Below, one piece after another: positions 1 through 12,614 of a DNA stretch of 64,000 nt. Source of the stretch: Octopus vulgaris. Taxonomy: Eukaryota. The notes under the pieces are model-generated. The model had not been told where the DNA came from and did no database searches. It worked only from the letters and a program-made list of their open reading frames with translations. Where the stretch lies: NCBI GenBank assembly GCA_951406725.2, contig OX597815.1, positions 129,704,001 through 129,768,000 on the forward strand. Direction: 5' to 3'. A program made the translations under genes and the position numbers. The stretch's first letter is position 1; each line of letters starts with the position of its first letter.

Positions 1-535
1 TCGTGTATAGTGATCAGGTGCACTCATCAAAGGTGCACATGTAGTACATAGAATTATGTCCCAAAAGCAGGAAAGTGAACAGTGTAAAAGTCATGATATA
101 CATGTGTGCAGTGGCAGACTAGCCAGGTTGCCAGCTTACCTGATGGCAAGAGGGCCCCTGCACCATTAGAATCTATATATGGGGGCCCATGTTAGTATCT
201 AAGGGGCCCATCCCCTCAAGTTTGAAAATTTTTAATTCACTCCTGGAAGAATGCATCAATTATTTCAGCCTGGCTGTGTTTGTAGACAGTTGAAAAGAAT
301 ACTTTTAACAAAAAAATAATTAAATGATAGCTTTGTAGTTGCGTGTGGGCCTCCTTAGTCTCCTAGCAACCAATATTTTTAGACCCAGTCTGCCACTGCA
401 TGTGTGCATGTGTATGGATGGGGTGGATATCAGGTGTAGTGTTGGCAAATTTCAGGAAGCATGGAGGTTTTAAAGGATGCAATGTCTCAGCAACTAACAA
501 CTGATGCAGGTAGTTTGTTCCATGCTTCAGCAGTG
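1..535 (-). mobile_element. CR1/L2-group LINE 3' remnant (interrupted by a MITE)
   Basis: The minus strand of 452-532 reads AEAWNKLPASVVSC*DIASFKTSMLPE, the WN.LP..VV......FK C-terminal motif of CR1-group ORF2. Confidence 0.65.
109..398. mobile_element. hAT-type MITE
   Basis: Perfect 12-bp TIRs cagtggcagact / agtctgccactg and an exact 8-bp target-site duplication catgtgtg (101-108, 399-406). Confidence 0.88.
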
Positions 536-630
536 TCTGACTTTAGATTTTGTATATATGAAATTGTATTCTTTGACCCTTCCTAAATGGTCAAGGATTA
601 CAATTACTCATAAAATTCTAAACAGGTTAC

Positions 631-744
631 CTTTTTGTTCTGCCAAAAAATCTCTTACAATCTTTTGGTGAGTTAAGTTTCCAAACACTCGTGATACTTC
701 AATTAAAGTTTCCATGTGGTTTGGCAGTAATAATTTGACCAAAT
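631..744 (-). CDS. ARMC2: ARMC2 coding exon 16 (gene continues past the left edge)
   Basis: (Y)LVKLLLPNHMETLIEVSRVFGNLTHQKIVRDFLAEQK (RVFGNL motif). Acceptor cacag, donor gtaacc. Confidence 0.94.
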
Positions 745-1334
745 CTGTGAAATATAAAAAGAGATGCTAGAGCAAAAACTGTTAGGTAGTAAGGTACAGA
801 TAGGAGTTAGGTATGCATGCATGTGTGTGTGTGTATGTGCACATAATGTAACAATGAAATTGCTTCTGACAGCTCAAGGGGCCAGTGTTTAAGTAAATAG
901 GAAGAAACCTTAAGCAGATGAGACCTTAATCTTCTTCACGGGATGCCATGTAGTATTGTCTGATAAACTAAGTATATTATTGAAATAAGCCATGAAATGC
1001 CTGCAGTGAATCTGAACTAAAGATCTACAGGCTGATAATTTAATGCTACATCCATCTAGCTATTTCAATTCTGTTCTGTGTGGGTGTATGTGTAATTGAG
1101 AGCGAAAGAGTGAGAGAGAGAGAGGGTGAGAGTATGTATATGTGTGAGAAAGAAGATTAATTAGATCATGCTCTAAAAAGACTGTCAGTGAGTTCCTTGA
1201 TTTGCATTTCTCTACTTTAAGAGTCCCTTGAGTGAGTGTGCTGAAGTTAAATGTGATCTTTATAAAAAAAAATCCCTGATATTTCATTGATAAAGTTTGG
1301 AATCAATGTAATGGAAATTATGAGATTATGTACA

Positions 1335-1470
1335 GCCAATGGTTAAGAAGTTTGCTTGCCAACTACATAGTTCCAGGTTCAGTCCCACTGCATGGCACCT
1401 TGGGCAAGTGTCTTCTACTATAGCCTCAGGCCAACAAAAGCCTTGTGAGTGAATTTGATAGATAGATAGA
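1335..1470 (+). mobile_element. tRNA-derived SINE family A, head fragment (many copies in the window)
   Basis: A/B-box-like tggttaagaag...ggttcagtccc followed by caccttgggcaagtgtcttctactatagcc. The same sequence recurs near 7300, 7850, 26085, 46700 and 53250 (+) and near 12200, 25370, 29000, 37200 and 37940 (-). Confidence 0.75.
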
Positions 1471-2570
1471 TACTCCTAGTTTCCAGCTCTGTAGGCCGAC
1501 TTTGCTTTTCTATTTTCTATGATTGAACTAAGCATCATATTTTACTGGGTTGAACCAAATGCTTCAGCTTTCCTGAAACACTCCTTTGTAAGATTGTTTT
1601 GGATAGATTTGAAGATCTTAGAGTGCTACTGCATCTCTGTAGTTTATACTTGTTTATTTTTACACCACAGTTAAAAAGAAAAACTGTAAATTAAGAAATT
1701 TGTAATAAGGAACTTTAAGGCAAATAACTATGTCAATAATTATAACATTGGTAGACTGGCAGAATCATTAAAGTATCAGACAAAATGCTTTGAGCTATTA
1801 GAGAACTTTTTATTCTGAGTTCAAATCCCTCTGAGGTTGACTTTGGCTTTCAACCTTGAGGACTCCACAAAATAAATATTAGTCAAGTACAGGAATTAAT
1901 ATATTTAACTTTTCTCTCCCAATTAATGTGTACCCTTATGTTTGTATATAAAAAATAATAATAGGTAATTATATACAGTATCATCGTTGTTTAAACAAAT
2001 ACTATTCCAATATTTTCTTGGGTGAGAAGGGAGAATACTAGGGCAGAGTTTTCTATGGCCAGACATCCTTCCTATATGTTGCCAGCTCCCATATGTTCCC
2101 AAGTGAGATTAATAAGTTTCTAATGTGTTAAGCAACAAACAAGGTCAGACATGTTTAAGCAGAGAACTGGAATCAGATGGCACAGTATGAATGAGATTTC
2201 TGTTTACAAAGGCTGAATAACACGTGAAGAAGGCCAAACATGCTTTTATATTGGACTGCAAGCAAATAACATTGTTTACAACCTGCAAGACAAGAGAAAT
2301 ACAAACTTTCTCTCTCTCACACACACAAACGACAGGCTTCTTTTAGTTTCCAGTTACCAAATCCATTCACAAGGCTCAGGGCTCTAGTCAAGTAGACCAT
2401 ATATAACCATAGAGTCATATATATGTGCATATACATATTCTTAGTAATCATCCATTCATATTAGCAAGAAAAAAGCACGAAAGTTTTATTGAGATTTAAG
2501 ATGTATTTCTTGTATCTTGTGTTGTTTGGGAAATGAAAATGAGAAAAGTGTAACATAATCAATTACTTAC

Positions 2571-2690
2571 ATTTAGCAATGTCTAATTGTTTGGCCAATA
2601 TACCACTGGTCTTGCTGTGGTAATAAGAAAGATTGTTGATGGTAGCAACAGTAGTAACAAGTAGATCTTCTTTGTCAATTGAGAATGAAT
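2571..2690 (-). CDS. ARMC2: ARMC2 coding exon 15
   Basis: (D)SFSIDKEDLLVTTVATINNLSYYHSKTSGILAKQLDIAK (ATINNLSYY motif). Acceptor cacag, donor gtaagt. Confidence 0.94.
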
Positions 2691-2719
2691 CTGTGGGAAA
2701 AAAAATAATAATTAAAACA

Positions 2720-2935
2720 ATCTTTTCTGCTTTTGGCACAAGGTCTGAAATTTGGGGGTGGAGGATAGTTGATTACATCAACCCCAGCACTCAGCTGGTA
2801 CTTAATTTATCGACCCTGAAAGGATGAAAGGTAAAGTTGACCTTGGTGGAATTTGAACTCAGAGCGTAGCAATGGGCGAAATACCACTAAGCATTTCGTC
2901 CAGCATGCTAACAATTCTGCCAGCTTGTCATCTTA
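2720..2935 (-). mobile_element. tRNA-derived SINE family B
   Basis: Minus-strand head ctggcagaa..ttagca...gagttcaaattcc, then gtcaactttacctttcatcctttcagggtcgataaa. It is reiterated at about 1750, 5280, 5500, 16800, 22930, 35030, 62240 and 62860. Confidence 0.75.
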
Positions 2936-3016
2936 TAATAATAATAATAAAAAGAATCAGGAAAAGAAATAATGTGGAGAACTAATTATATAATTTATTA
3001 ACTGCTTTTCCATTCC

Positions 3017-3066
3017 TTTTGGGTAAATCACTCATTTTCCATTGTAAATGAGTGATTTACCCAAAA
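3017..3066. repeat. Perfect 21-bp inverted repeat with 8-nt loop
   Basis: ttttgggtaaatcactcattt-tccattgt-aaatgagtgatttacccaaaa. Confidence 0.95.
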
Positions 3067-3540
3067 ATATGTAAGGAATTAATAATTATTAATTCTCTCT
3101 TTATATTGTAGGAAGCTCTTTGTATTATTTCTTTATAGTTTTCTTATTTCATAATGCTTCAAGTGAACCACAGTGCCCTTAGTAACAACAACAGAACATT
3201 TTAAAGACTGCTGCAAAAGCAATGCTACTGAGGGATTTCTCCTCTGGTAGGATTGTTCACGATAATAAAGGTTGAGGATAAGAAATCAGATGAAAAAATG
3301 TTTCTCATAAAACAAAAGGGTGTCCATCAAGCAGCTGCCGTATGGAGTAACAGTGCCACTTCTACTCAATCATATCAAAACAGACTTCATAAAAAAATGT
3401 ATTGATTATAATAAATCATTAGACAATTGGAAAAATTTTAATAGTGAGACATTAACATCAGTCAGGATAGGATAACATCTTGCTTCTAACTGTAAAAAGT
3501 ATCAAATAAAAGTATATTTTATTTCTGACTGCTAACTTAC

Positions 3541-3715
3541 CCAGGATACGAAGAAGTTGTATGACACAATCATGTTCAGCAGCAATAATAGGGCCAATGG
3601 TCTCACCAATTGATAAATTTGCAATTAATCGAACAGTCTTGATAAGTATATCAACACTTTCTTCCATTTGAAAATTTTGGGTATTTGCTTTATGAGACTG
3701 GTTAGTTTTATCTGA
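3541..3715 (-). CDS. ARMC2: ARMC2 coding exon 14
   Basis: SDKTNQSHKANTQNFQMEESVDILIKTVRLIANLSIGETIGPIIAAEHDCVIQLLRIL (D.LIK..R..AN..I...GP motif). Acceptor cccag, donor gtaagt. Confidence 0.92.
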
Positions 3716-4813
3716 CTGGGGAAAAACCAAAAAAAAACATTTATTATTTCTAAATTCATGTCATTGAAATGATGATATTCACATAAAATGTCTTACAAGA
3801 AATATGCTAGGTTTTCTATATCATTTTTTCATACAGTCTCTTGTGAAAGATTTAATTCTATCATCAGAAATTAAACTAAAACATCAGCCCACAAGGGAGA
3901 TATTCTCTGCAGCTATCTACTTAATATAGCTTCTAAATGTTCCTCAACAAGTTGCCTTCCATTTTTAGGATGGAGGCTAACAAATTTGATGGCATAAAAG
4001 ACATATCCCAGTTTCAGCAGCACATTTTGAACAAACGAAGCTTTTAGTGCATTAAAGCTTATAGGAAGACCAATCTTATATATAGGACCTGGGTTTATTG
4101 TTTTGTTTTTGAGACATTTTTTAGAAAATAAAATGCATCATATATACCATCAAATATAATATGTATTTTAAGTTCTAAATCATAGGATAGCATAACCATA
4201 ACTGAAAATCTGATTTAATGAAATATTGTTTGATGTTCCGTTTTTAAAGCCTGCTCAATAAGAGTTGGTTGGGGCTGTTTAACAATAAGCTTCAGGTCAA
4301 TTTTCAGTTTCACTGTGGAGTCAATTTTTATTTCTTTTACTTGCACTGCTAGCAAATAAGCAAAGCAGATAAAGTTCAGGGGAAACAACTGATGCAGAGA
4401 AAAATACGAACTTGCAATTATTCAAATTAAAAGGCATCTTATCTTCTCTGCGAAATTTTGTTGGAATTGTGGTATGAAAAAGTAAAATCAGCTTGAGATT
4501 GGTAAAACCAATTTGAGGTTTATAGATGCAAACATAATCTCTCCATAAATTGATATATTTGTTGTTTACACGCAAAAAATTTACAGTTATAAACTGTCTT
4601 CCTATGAACTAGACACCCACAATACTGATAATTATTGTTGTGAACAAAGAAACCAAGAATAAATTTCCTTTCTTATTTGGAGGAATAATTAATAATGTCA
4701 AAATATTAAAAGCTTTGCTTTATTAGTTTAAAACTTATTTGTTTACAAGTCATCTTTATGTGAATCTATGCATTAAAGGTAACTTGAAAAAATTGTATAA
4801 TTTAAAATCTTAC

Positions 4814-4954
4814 TGTAGAAAATTTATCCAAATAATATTGAAGAACATTCAATATTGTTGCCAAAGAGTTTTTTTCTTCAAATAATTGAACACGAGCTGT
4901 ATCATCTTTTGCAGTCAAGTTGCCGAGAGCAAAGCAGATTCTCACAACAACATC
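4814..4954 (-). CDS. ARMC2: ARMC2 coding exon 13
   Basis: DVVVRICFALGNLTAKDDTARVQLFEEKNSLATILNVLQYYLDKFST (LGNLTAK motif). 141 nt; acceptor tctag, donor gtaaga. Confidence 0.94.
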
Positions 4955-5699
4955 CTAGAAATACAGAAATAATAATAATAATAACAACAATATATTCATT
5001 ATTCAGGGACCTTTTGAGCGGGATGGGCTACTTGACCTGAAGAAAATTCTAACTGGAAAATTCTAACAGTGCATGACCTGCAAGGTCATGCACTGTTAAT
5101 CTTGATATGAGATCACCATATTGTGCATATATGGTTGTGATGCATGTGCCAGGTGTACCCTTATCAGATGGGTAGTCATGATGGGTATACTGGGCTTTGT
5201 ATATTTTACCCCAGTGTCACTTTGATGGCATGCACTGTTCTCTCACTCAATAATAACAATAATAGTAATAATAATAATGGTTTCAAATTTTGGCACCAAT
5301 CCAGCAATTTCAAGTAAGTTGATTACATTGACCCCAGTGCTGAATTGGTACTTATTTTATTGACCCTGAAAGGAAAAAGGTAATGTCGATCGTAGCAGAA
5401 TTTGAACTCAGAACATAAAGATGGACAAAATACTGCTGAGCATTTTGCCCAGCATGCTTATGATTCTGCCAGCTCACCACCTGAATAATAATAATAATGA
5501 TAATAATCCTTTCTACTGTAGGCACAAGGACTGAAATTTGGTGGGAGAGGATAAGTCTTTTCACAAACCTTGAAAGGACAAAAGGCAAAGTTGATCTTGG
5601 CGGAATTTGAACTCAGAACATAAAGATGAATGAAATGCTGCTAAGCATTTTGTCTGGTGTGCTAACAATTCTGCCAGCTTGCTATCTGAATAATAATAA

Positions 5700-6058
5700 T
5701 AACAAGAGCACTCAGAGAGCGCAAACCTCAACCAAGGCAACACCAATGTCCTCTCAATGATTAGCCAGAGATGATTTTTAAAATTAGAATATCTGAAATA
5801 AACTCAACTGCTCTCACAAACGAGAATACTAAAAATGAACCCAACAGCTCTCAAAAATTAAGTAAAGAAACAGGAAAAACAATCCAGAATTCTTGTCCAG
5901 TACTAGATTGGTCCCAAAATCTAATCAGTTTGTGCCAGTCAGGAGGCCAAACATTCCTGAAAGTTTCATCCAAATCCATCCAGCCGTTCTTGAGATATCT
6001 TGTCCATGGACAAACAAACAAATAAACACAACTGAAAACTTAGCGAAGGTGGAGGTAA
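5700..6058. mobile_element. Non-autonomous Helentron/DINE-1-like element
   Basis: One end is taacaagagcactcagagagcgc (short stem-loop) followed by acctcaaccaagg. The other end is a degenerate complementary ...gaaggtggaggtaat preceded by a (caaa)n microsatellite. It is inserted in an (aat)n tract. Confidence 0.6.
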
Positions 6059-6203
6059 TAATGATAATAATGGTTTCAAAGTTTGGTACAAAGCCAGTAT
6101 TTTCAGGAGAGTGGGTAGATAAAATGATGATGATGGTTACAACGACATATTTTATTGCCCCAAACATAGATATAATATCTAGAACGATAAAAATATATTT
6201 TAC

Positions 6204-6303
6204 CTGTCTCGTTATGTGTTTGTTTAAAGCTCGCAAAGCAACTGGATAATGTTGTCTCTGGGCAGCAAGCACAGTACAACAATCTGTATGAAGACTGATC
6301 TTA
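6204..6303 (-). CDS. ARMC2: ARMC2 coding exon 12
   Basis: (S)KISLHTDCCTVLAAQRQHYPVALRALNKHITRQ (DCCT.LA motif). Acceptor tctag, donor gtaaaa; phase 2 to 0. Confidence 0.92.
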
Positions 6304-6641
6304 CTAGAAGACAGGAAAAAGAGAATTTAAAAAATATGGTTAATTAGTAAAAAAAAAAAAAAAGTTGATAACAATGCAATATGTGAATTTTAAAAAAATG
6401 GATTTCATTCTTTCACTATATTTTCAGACATTCTTTCTTTCTTTTACTTGTTTTAGTCATTTGACTGCAGCCATGCTGGAGCACCACCTTTAGTCTAACA
6501 AATTGACCCTTATCCTTTGTAAGTCTAGTATTTATTCTATCGGCCTCTTTTTGCTGAACAACTAAACATTAAACACACCAACATCAGTTGTCAATCGACA
6601 GTGGGGGAACAAATACAGGCACAAATAATACATACATACAT

Positions 6642-7240
6642 GATGGCTGCCCCCTCGTTATTAAGTATGGCCATTGCACGAAGCTTAACTGATTGTTAAC
6701 ATGTTAACAATCATGAACAATGTCGTTATCGTGCAATGCCTGTGCAAGAAGATTTTTTTTAAAGTGAGGAATGGCTGTGCACTGAGTCAATCCCATTCAC
6801 TAAGCAACAGCAGCCATAATCCGAAAAGAAGAACTAGTCAACATCATTCGTAACCACTGAGCCGCAGGTTTTATGTCGGAGTTATCCCAGTTACCTGAGT
6901 TACCTTCTCCTAGAAGGATGCCCTAACAAAGGCTAGGAGTTCTTCACTCCCAATGGTTTAACTGCGTGATTGGGTATTCAGTCCGATTATTTCTATGTCC
7001 CCGCGCATGATACAGCCTTAAGCCTTAAGAAAAAAAAAATTACACATTTATTGGATGGCCGTTGACTCTCAAGAGTTCCTCCGCCCTTTGACGGGTTTTG
7101 TTTTTCATCCCGCAGGGTGTCCAATAAACACCCTCCTCACCAAGCAAGCTTGGTGGAGTTGCCGGTTTAGTCGCCGACGGCCTGACTATGCAACAGGTTG
7201 TACTGGGTTACATGTTACCAGTAGCACTCGAAAGTGACCT
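6642..7240. repeat. Interspersed repeat, probably a non-autonomous retroelement
   Basis: Segments recur at 21082-21180 (gatggctg..cc...tgcaatgcctgtgca) and 38978-39110 (gttgactct...catccc.cagggtgtccaa...ctcaccaagc...ggtttagtc). Confidence 0.6.
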
Positions 7241-8845
7241 GACATACATACATAAATAAATAAATAAATAAATATATTTTTTCTTAAAAATATCTATTCA
7301 TAGATGCAGGTGTGTCTGTGAGGTAAGAGGTTTGCTCCCAAACCACATGGTTCTGGGCTCAGTCCCACTATGTGGCACCTTGGGCAGTGTCTTTTGCTAT
7401 AGCCTTGGACCAACTAAAGCCTTGTGAATAGATTTTGATAGATGGAAACCGAAAGAAGCATGTCATATATATATGTGTGTGTGTATGTGTGTATGAGTGT
7501 GGATTTCTTTGAGTCTGTATTTGTGCCTCACTTCCACTTAACAACCAGTGATGGGATATTTACATCCCCATAACTTAGTGGTTCAGCAAAAGAAAACAAT
7601 AGAATAAATTCTACACTTACAAATGTAAGTACTGGGGTTGATTTGTTTGACTAATAATTCTTTATGGTGGTCCCCTAGCATGGCTGCAGTCTAATGACTG
7701 AAACAAGTAAAAGATTAAAAAGTTCACATAACAACCACTCTTCTTGTGGTTGTTATGGTACAAAAAGGAATCAAACTTGATACCCAGCCATACCTGTGTC
7801 CAGTTAACAACTACAACAGACAAATGACTGTCCCTAATGAAATATGTCAAGGCACTGGTGTGGCCATGTAGTTAAGAATCTTGCTTTGCAACCATGTGGA
7901 TTTGTGTTCAGTCTCATTGTCTGGCACCTTGGGCAACTGCCTTCCACTACAGCTTTGTGAGTGAATATGGTAGATGGAGACCCATTTTATAACTGTCCGA
8001 TAAAATGGGAACGTGAAACTGAGTAACAGTCCTGTGATAATTTTTCAACTTTAATAAAGATTACATTACTCTACCTTTGGTATTCGAGCACTATTTTTCC
8101 CATCTTGTTTTGCACATATGTGCTCACCTCTGTGTGTATGCGTGTGTATATATATATATATATATATATGCTACAGAACCTCTCCCAAACTAGACACCAA
8201 TATTAGAGTGCTATCTGAGCTTAATAAGATTATCTATAAATAAAAAAACCCAATATCAATGTCAGTAATCTCCCCAAACCACAAATATGCATAACAAATT
8301 CCCATCATCAGCTGCCAAACAGATATCAGTATGGTTTCAACATCTGGACAATACCATTCATTTCACGCTGCTCTGTAATCATTTCAACATCTGATGGATG
8401 GCACACTTGTGCACCTGCACAGGTAATGTTGATTTGATGGAGGGAGTATGTACAATACAAACATTTGATCACTATAAATAAATCATTTGTGTAGGTCATT
8501 CAGCAAACATAGAACATTCTATGTTGTCTTTGACAGGAGAGTCCATCATAGATGTATCATCATCATCATCATTTAATGTCCATCTTCCATGTATGTATAG
8601 ATAGATGCCAGGAGCTGGCCAGGTAGAAAAGCTACCCTAGACTACTCTGTTTTGGCTGGATGCCCTTCCTAATACCAACCACTCCTCAGAGTGGAATCAG
8701 TACTTTTTATGCTGCACAAGCACCAACAAAGTTAGTTTTGGCATGATTTTTAGAGCTGGATGCCCTTCCAAATGCCAACCATGTTACAGTGTGGACTGGA
8801 TGCTTTTAATGTGGCACCAGCACTGGCAGGATAACAAACTAACTG

Positions 8846-8878
<33 letters not shown>

Positions 8879-11614
8879 TCCTTATTTGCCAATTAAGGCT
8901 ACCATTGGTTTCATGTCAAGAAGAGTAGGAAAATATCCTAGTATCTTAAAAAGTTTTCAAGTCAATCACATGGAGAAAGGTGTTTGGCTCCATTTTGGAA
9001 AGCAGTCTCATTTCGTTCATGGGATTTCTTTTAAATTAGTGTAAATGAAGCAATGTATCAATGGATGTTACTCTAGAAGTAATTTTTTGAGTTTGTTTCC
9101 CTTGAATTTGTCTTTTCTGTAAATTTCTTAATCCTTTTGCATTATTTGTGTGTTTTTGTTTTGAGTATGGTATTCTTGTACCTGCATATTGAGGTTGTAC
9201 GTCATTAGAACTTATTTCTTCTTTGTGTGACATTTGTGTGCTATGTGAGTTCACGTTTACGAAGGGGCTATCCTGGTAATGTTGCCCACGTTTATAATTA
9301 CCTAGAAACGTTTGAAGATGATCTTATAAAGTTAGTTAGAAATGTAAAATTCAACCAAAATTCAAACAAGTTTCAACACACATTGGAGACATACATTGAA
9401 CCTTTCAAAAACATCAATGAACATGTTTATTAAAGCAGATAAAACAAAAAATATTTACAAAGTAAACAACCAAACACACAACAAATTACTAACTGACAAC
9501 ATAACTAAAAGATACAAGAAAACAAACCCCACCACTTATAATTTCATTAATATAGAAGCAAAAAATCTAGCTGCAAAGTTTAAAATAGAAGACAAAGTAA
9601 AGCTTACCCTACAAAATGCTTTTATAACTCTGAAAGACCATAAAAACAATTTTATGCAAAATCCTAGCTGTAAACTAATAAATCCCATAAAAAGTGAAAT
9701 AGGAATTATTAGTAAATCTATATTAGATAACATTATACGACATATCAGGGTACACACAAATCTTACCCAATGGATATACAGTAGTGCAACTATTGAATGG
9801 TTTAAGAAAATAGATAAGCTCAAATGCAAATTCATACGATTCGCCATCATAGATTTCTACCCCTCGATCTCGAAAAGTTTGCTTCAGTAGACATTTGAAT
9901 TTAGTAAAACATACGTCACTATAACAAATACTGATATAAACATGATAATTCCTACTGGGTAAAAAAGAATGGAGACGAGTTGTTTGATGTAGCAATGGGG
10001 AGCTATAATAGTGCAGAGATAGCTAACCTTATGGGCCTTTATCCTAGATGTCCTTAAAAAAGAAGTAAAAGAAGCTAACATAGGTTTGTACGGGTACAAT
10101 GGCCTGGGAGTAGTACACAATAAAAATGAACATGATATGGATAGAATAAGGAAAAAATTATGCAAAATATTTAGCCAACTAGGCCTAAGAACCACAATTA
10201 ATATAAATCTTAAAGAAGTCAACTTCCTAAACATTAACATGAACATGAATCTTAATACAGGAAAATTTAAACCCTACCACAAAGAAAATGAGGAAGCCTC
10301 GTACATAAACATAAGTTCCAACTACCCACCAGCAGTAATTAAACAAATAGTTAACAACATTAGCAGGTGGGTCTCCAATTTATCCGTCAACAAAGACACT
10401 TTTGAAAAATCTGCCCCATATTATAATGCTGCATTAGAAAGATCCAACTTCAAGAATAGCAAAGACTACATTGAACCAAATATGAATAGAACAAGAAGAA
10501 ATAGAGGAAAATCTTATGGGTCAAGCCACCTTATAGCATGAATGCAGTTAGTAACATATCTAGGAAATTCTTAAAACTAATAGACAACCGCTTCCCTCAT
10601 TCACACAAATACTAAAAGATCTTCAACAGAAACACTGTTAAAGTTAGCTATAGTTGTCTCCCCAATATAAGGTCAATAATACTTAATCACAATAAACATA
10701 AATACACCAGAAACACCCCAGAAAGACAGTGCAACTCCAGATCCTCAAACCGTTACCCTCTAAACAACTGTCTCGAGAAAGAACTCATATACAAGGTCAC
10801 GATTACGGACCCCGATGAAATACTAAAGACGTATATCAGAATGATGGGAAACTCATTCAAGGAGTGTATTTGCAACATCTTGCATCATTCAGAGGCAAAA
10901 ACAAAAAAAAACATGTGACATCCCTATCAAATATGATACGGACATTGAAAGAAGGTGGAATAAACAACCCCCAGATAGAATGGAAAATTATTGCCAAAAA
11001 ATACAGAGAACAGGGTCCCAAATGTGAACTCTGTATTACTGAAAAATTAAATATTATACAAACAACAGGCAACATCTTAAACATTAAGGGTGAAACCTTC
11101 TTCCCCTGCATACATAAGCAATATTTTACACTCAAATATTTTTAAAAAGACCCCCTATAAATGAGGGTAACTATAAACAAGGGCAACCCTTCCAGGATAG
11201 CCCCTTCATAAATGTGAACACATGGTACAGAAACTTCACACAAAGAAGAAATATGTCACAAATTCCACATGAGGAGAAGAAATCAGTCCCAATGCTGTAC
11301 AACCAAACATAAGTACAACAGCCCCATGCCTAGAACAAAAACAAACAAATAATGCAAAATAATTAAGAAATTTACAGAAAAGATAAATTTAAGAGAAACA
11401 AACGCCAAAAAATGACTTCTAGAGTAACGTCACTCGAATCACCATTTCATTTACATGAATTTATGAGAAATCTCAATGATATAAGACTATTTTCCAAAAT
11501 GGAGGCAAATACCTTTTTCCATGTGAACTGATTGAAAAATTGTTAAGATACTAGAATATTTTCCTACTATTCTTAACATGAAACCAATGGTAGCCTTAAT
11601 TCACAAATAAAGAA
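8879..11614 (+). mobile_element. Degraded Penelope-like retroelement (RT + GIY-YIG) with inverted terminal arms
   Basis: Broken ORFs read TLKDHK..F..NPSCKLINPIKSEIG, FAIIDFYPSIS, DVAMGSY, LYGYNGL (decayed YxDD), VNFLNINMN..TGKFKPYHK, YINISSNYP, then CN.R....PL..CL..LIYKV...TYI and CELCITEK. Positions 8879-9276 are the reverse complement of about 11192-11614. Confidence 0.9.
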
Positions 11615-11814
11615 ATTATATATCCACCAATGCAGTATTGAGCACTCATTTCATTGTTCTACATTTATGTATGTATATATATATATATATATATATGCAT
11701 GCATGCCTGTATCATCTCTTGTTTCCTGAGGAATTTACTTTAGCAACACATTGCTATCATCTAACCTTACATACATACATATATATATATATATGCGTGT
11801 ATATCTATTTATTT

Positions 11815-11855
<41 letters not shown>

Positions 11856-11964
11856 TTTTATATATATATACATTTCTTTTATATATATATAAAATAAATA
11901 AATATATATAAAATAGATAAATATACACGCACACACACACACATATATATATATACACACATAT

Positions 11965-12360
11965 ACTCTTACTTGTTTCAGTCATTTGACTGTGGCCATG
12001 CTGGAGCACTGCCTTAGTCAAGCAACTCAACCCCAGGACTTATTCTTTGTAAGCCTAGTACTTATTCTATTGATCTCTTTTGCCAAACTGCTAAGTTATG
12101 GGGACGTAAACACACCAGCATTGGTTGTCAAGCGATGTTGGGGGGACAAACAGACACATAAACACACACACACACACATATATATACATATACAATGGGC
12201 TTCTTTCAGTTTCCGTCTACCAAATCCACTCACAAGGCTTTGGTCGGCCAGAGGCTATTGTAGGAGACACTTGCCCAAGGTGCCATGCAGTGGGACTGAA
12301 CTCGGAACCATGTGGTTTGTAAGCAAGCTATACTTACCACAAAGCCATTCCTATGCCTAT
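11965..12360 (-). mobile_element. Full-length SINE family A copy (head, (CA)n middle, tail ending actgaaacaagtaa)
   Basis: Same organisation as the copies at 7300-7710 (+) and at 25140-25510, 36975-37340 and 37700-38085 (-). Confidence 0.8.
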
Positions 12361-12614
12361 ATATATATATATATTTATTTCTTTTTATACTTTTACTTGT
12401 TTCAGTCATTTGGCTGCGGCCATGCTGGAGCACTGCCTTTAGTTGATTAAATTGACACCAAGATTTATTCTTTGTAAGCCTAGTACTTATTCTATCAGTC
12501 TCTTTTGCTGAACTGTTAAGTTATGGGGATGTAAATGCAGCAGTATCAGTTGTCAAGCGATGCTGGGGGAGCAAATACAGACACAAACATATACACACAT
12601 ACATGCTTATATAT

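Noticed and set aside
1335-1400. tRNA-like A/B boxes here and in many similar copies
   Set aside because: They are SINE heads that run into SINE bodies; no complete cloverleaf could be drawn.
4321-4575. 84-aa ORF between exons 13 and 14
   Set aside because: No recognisable similarity, and exons 13 and 14 join in phase without it.
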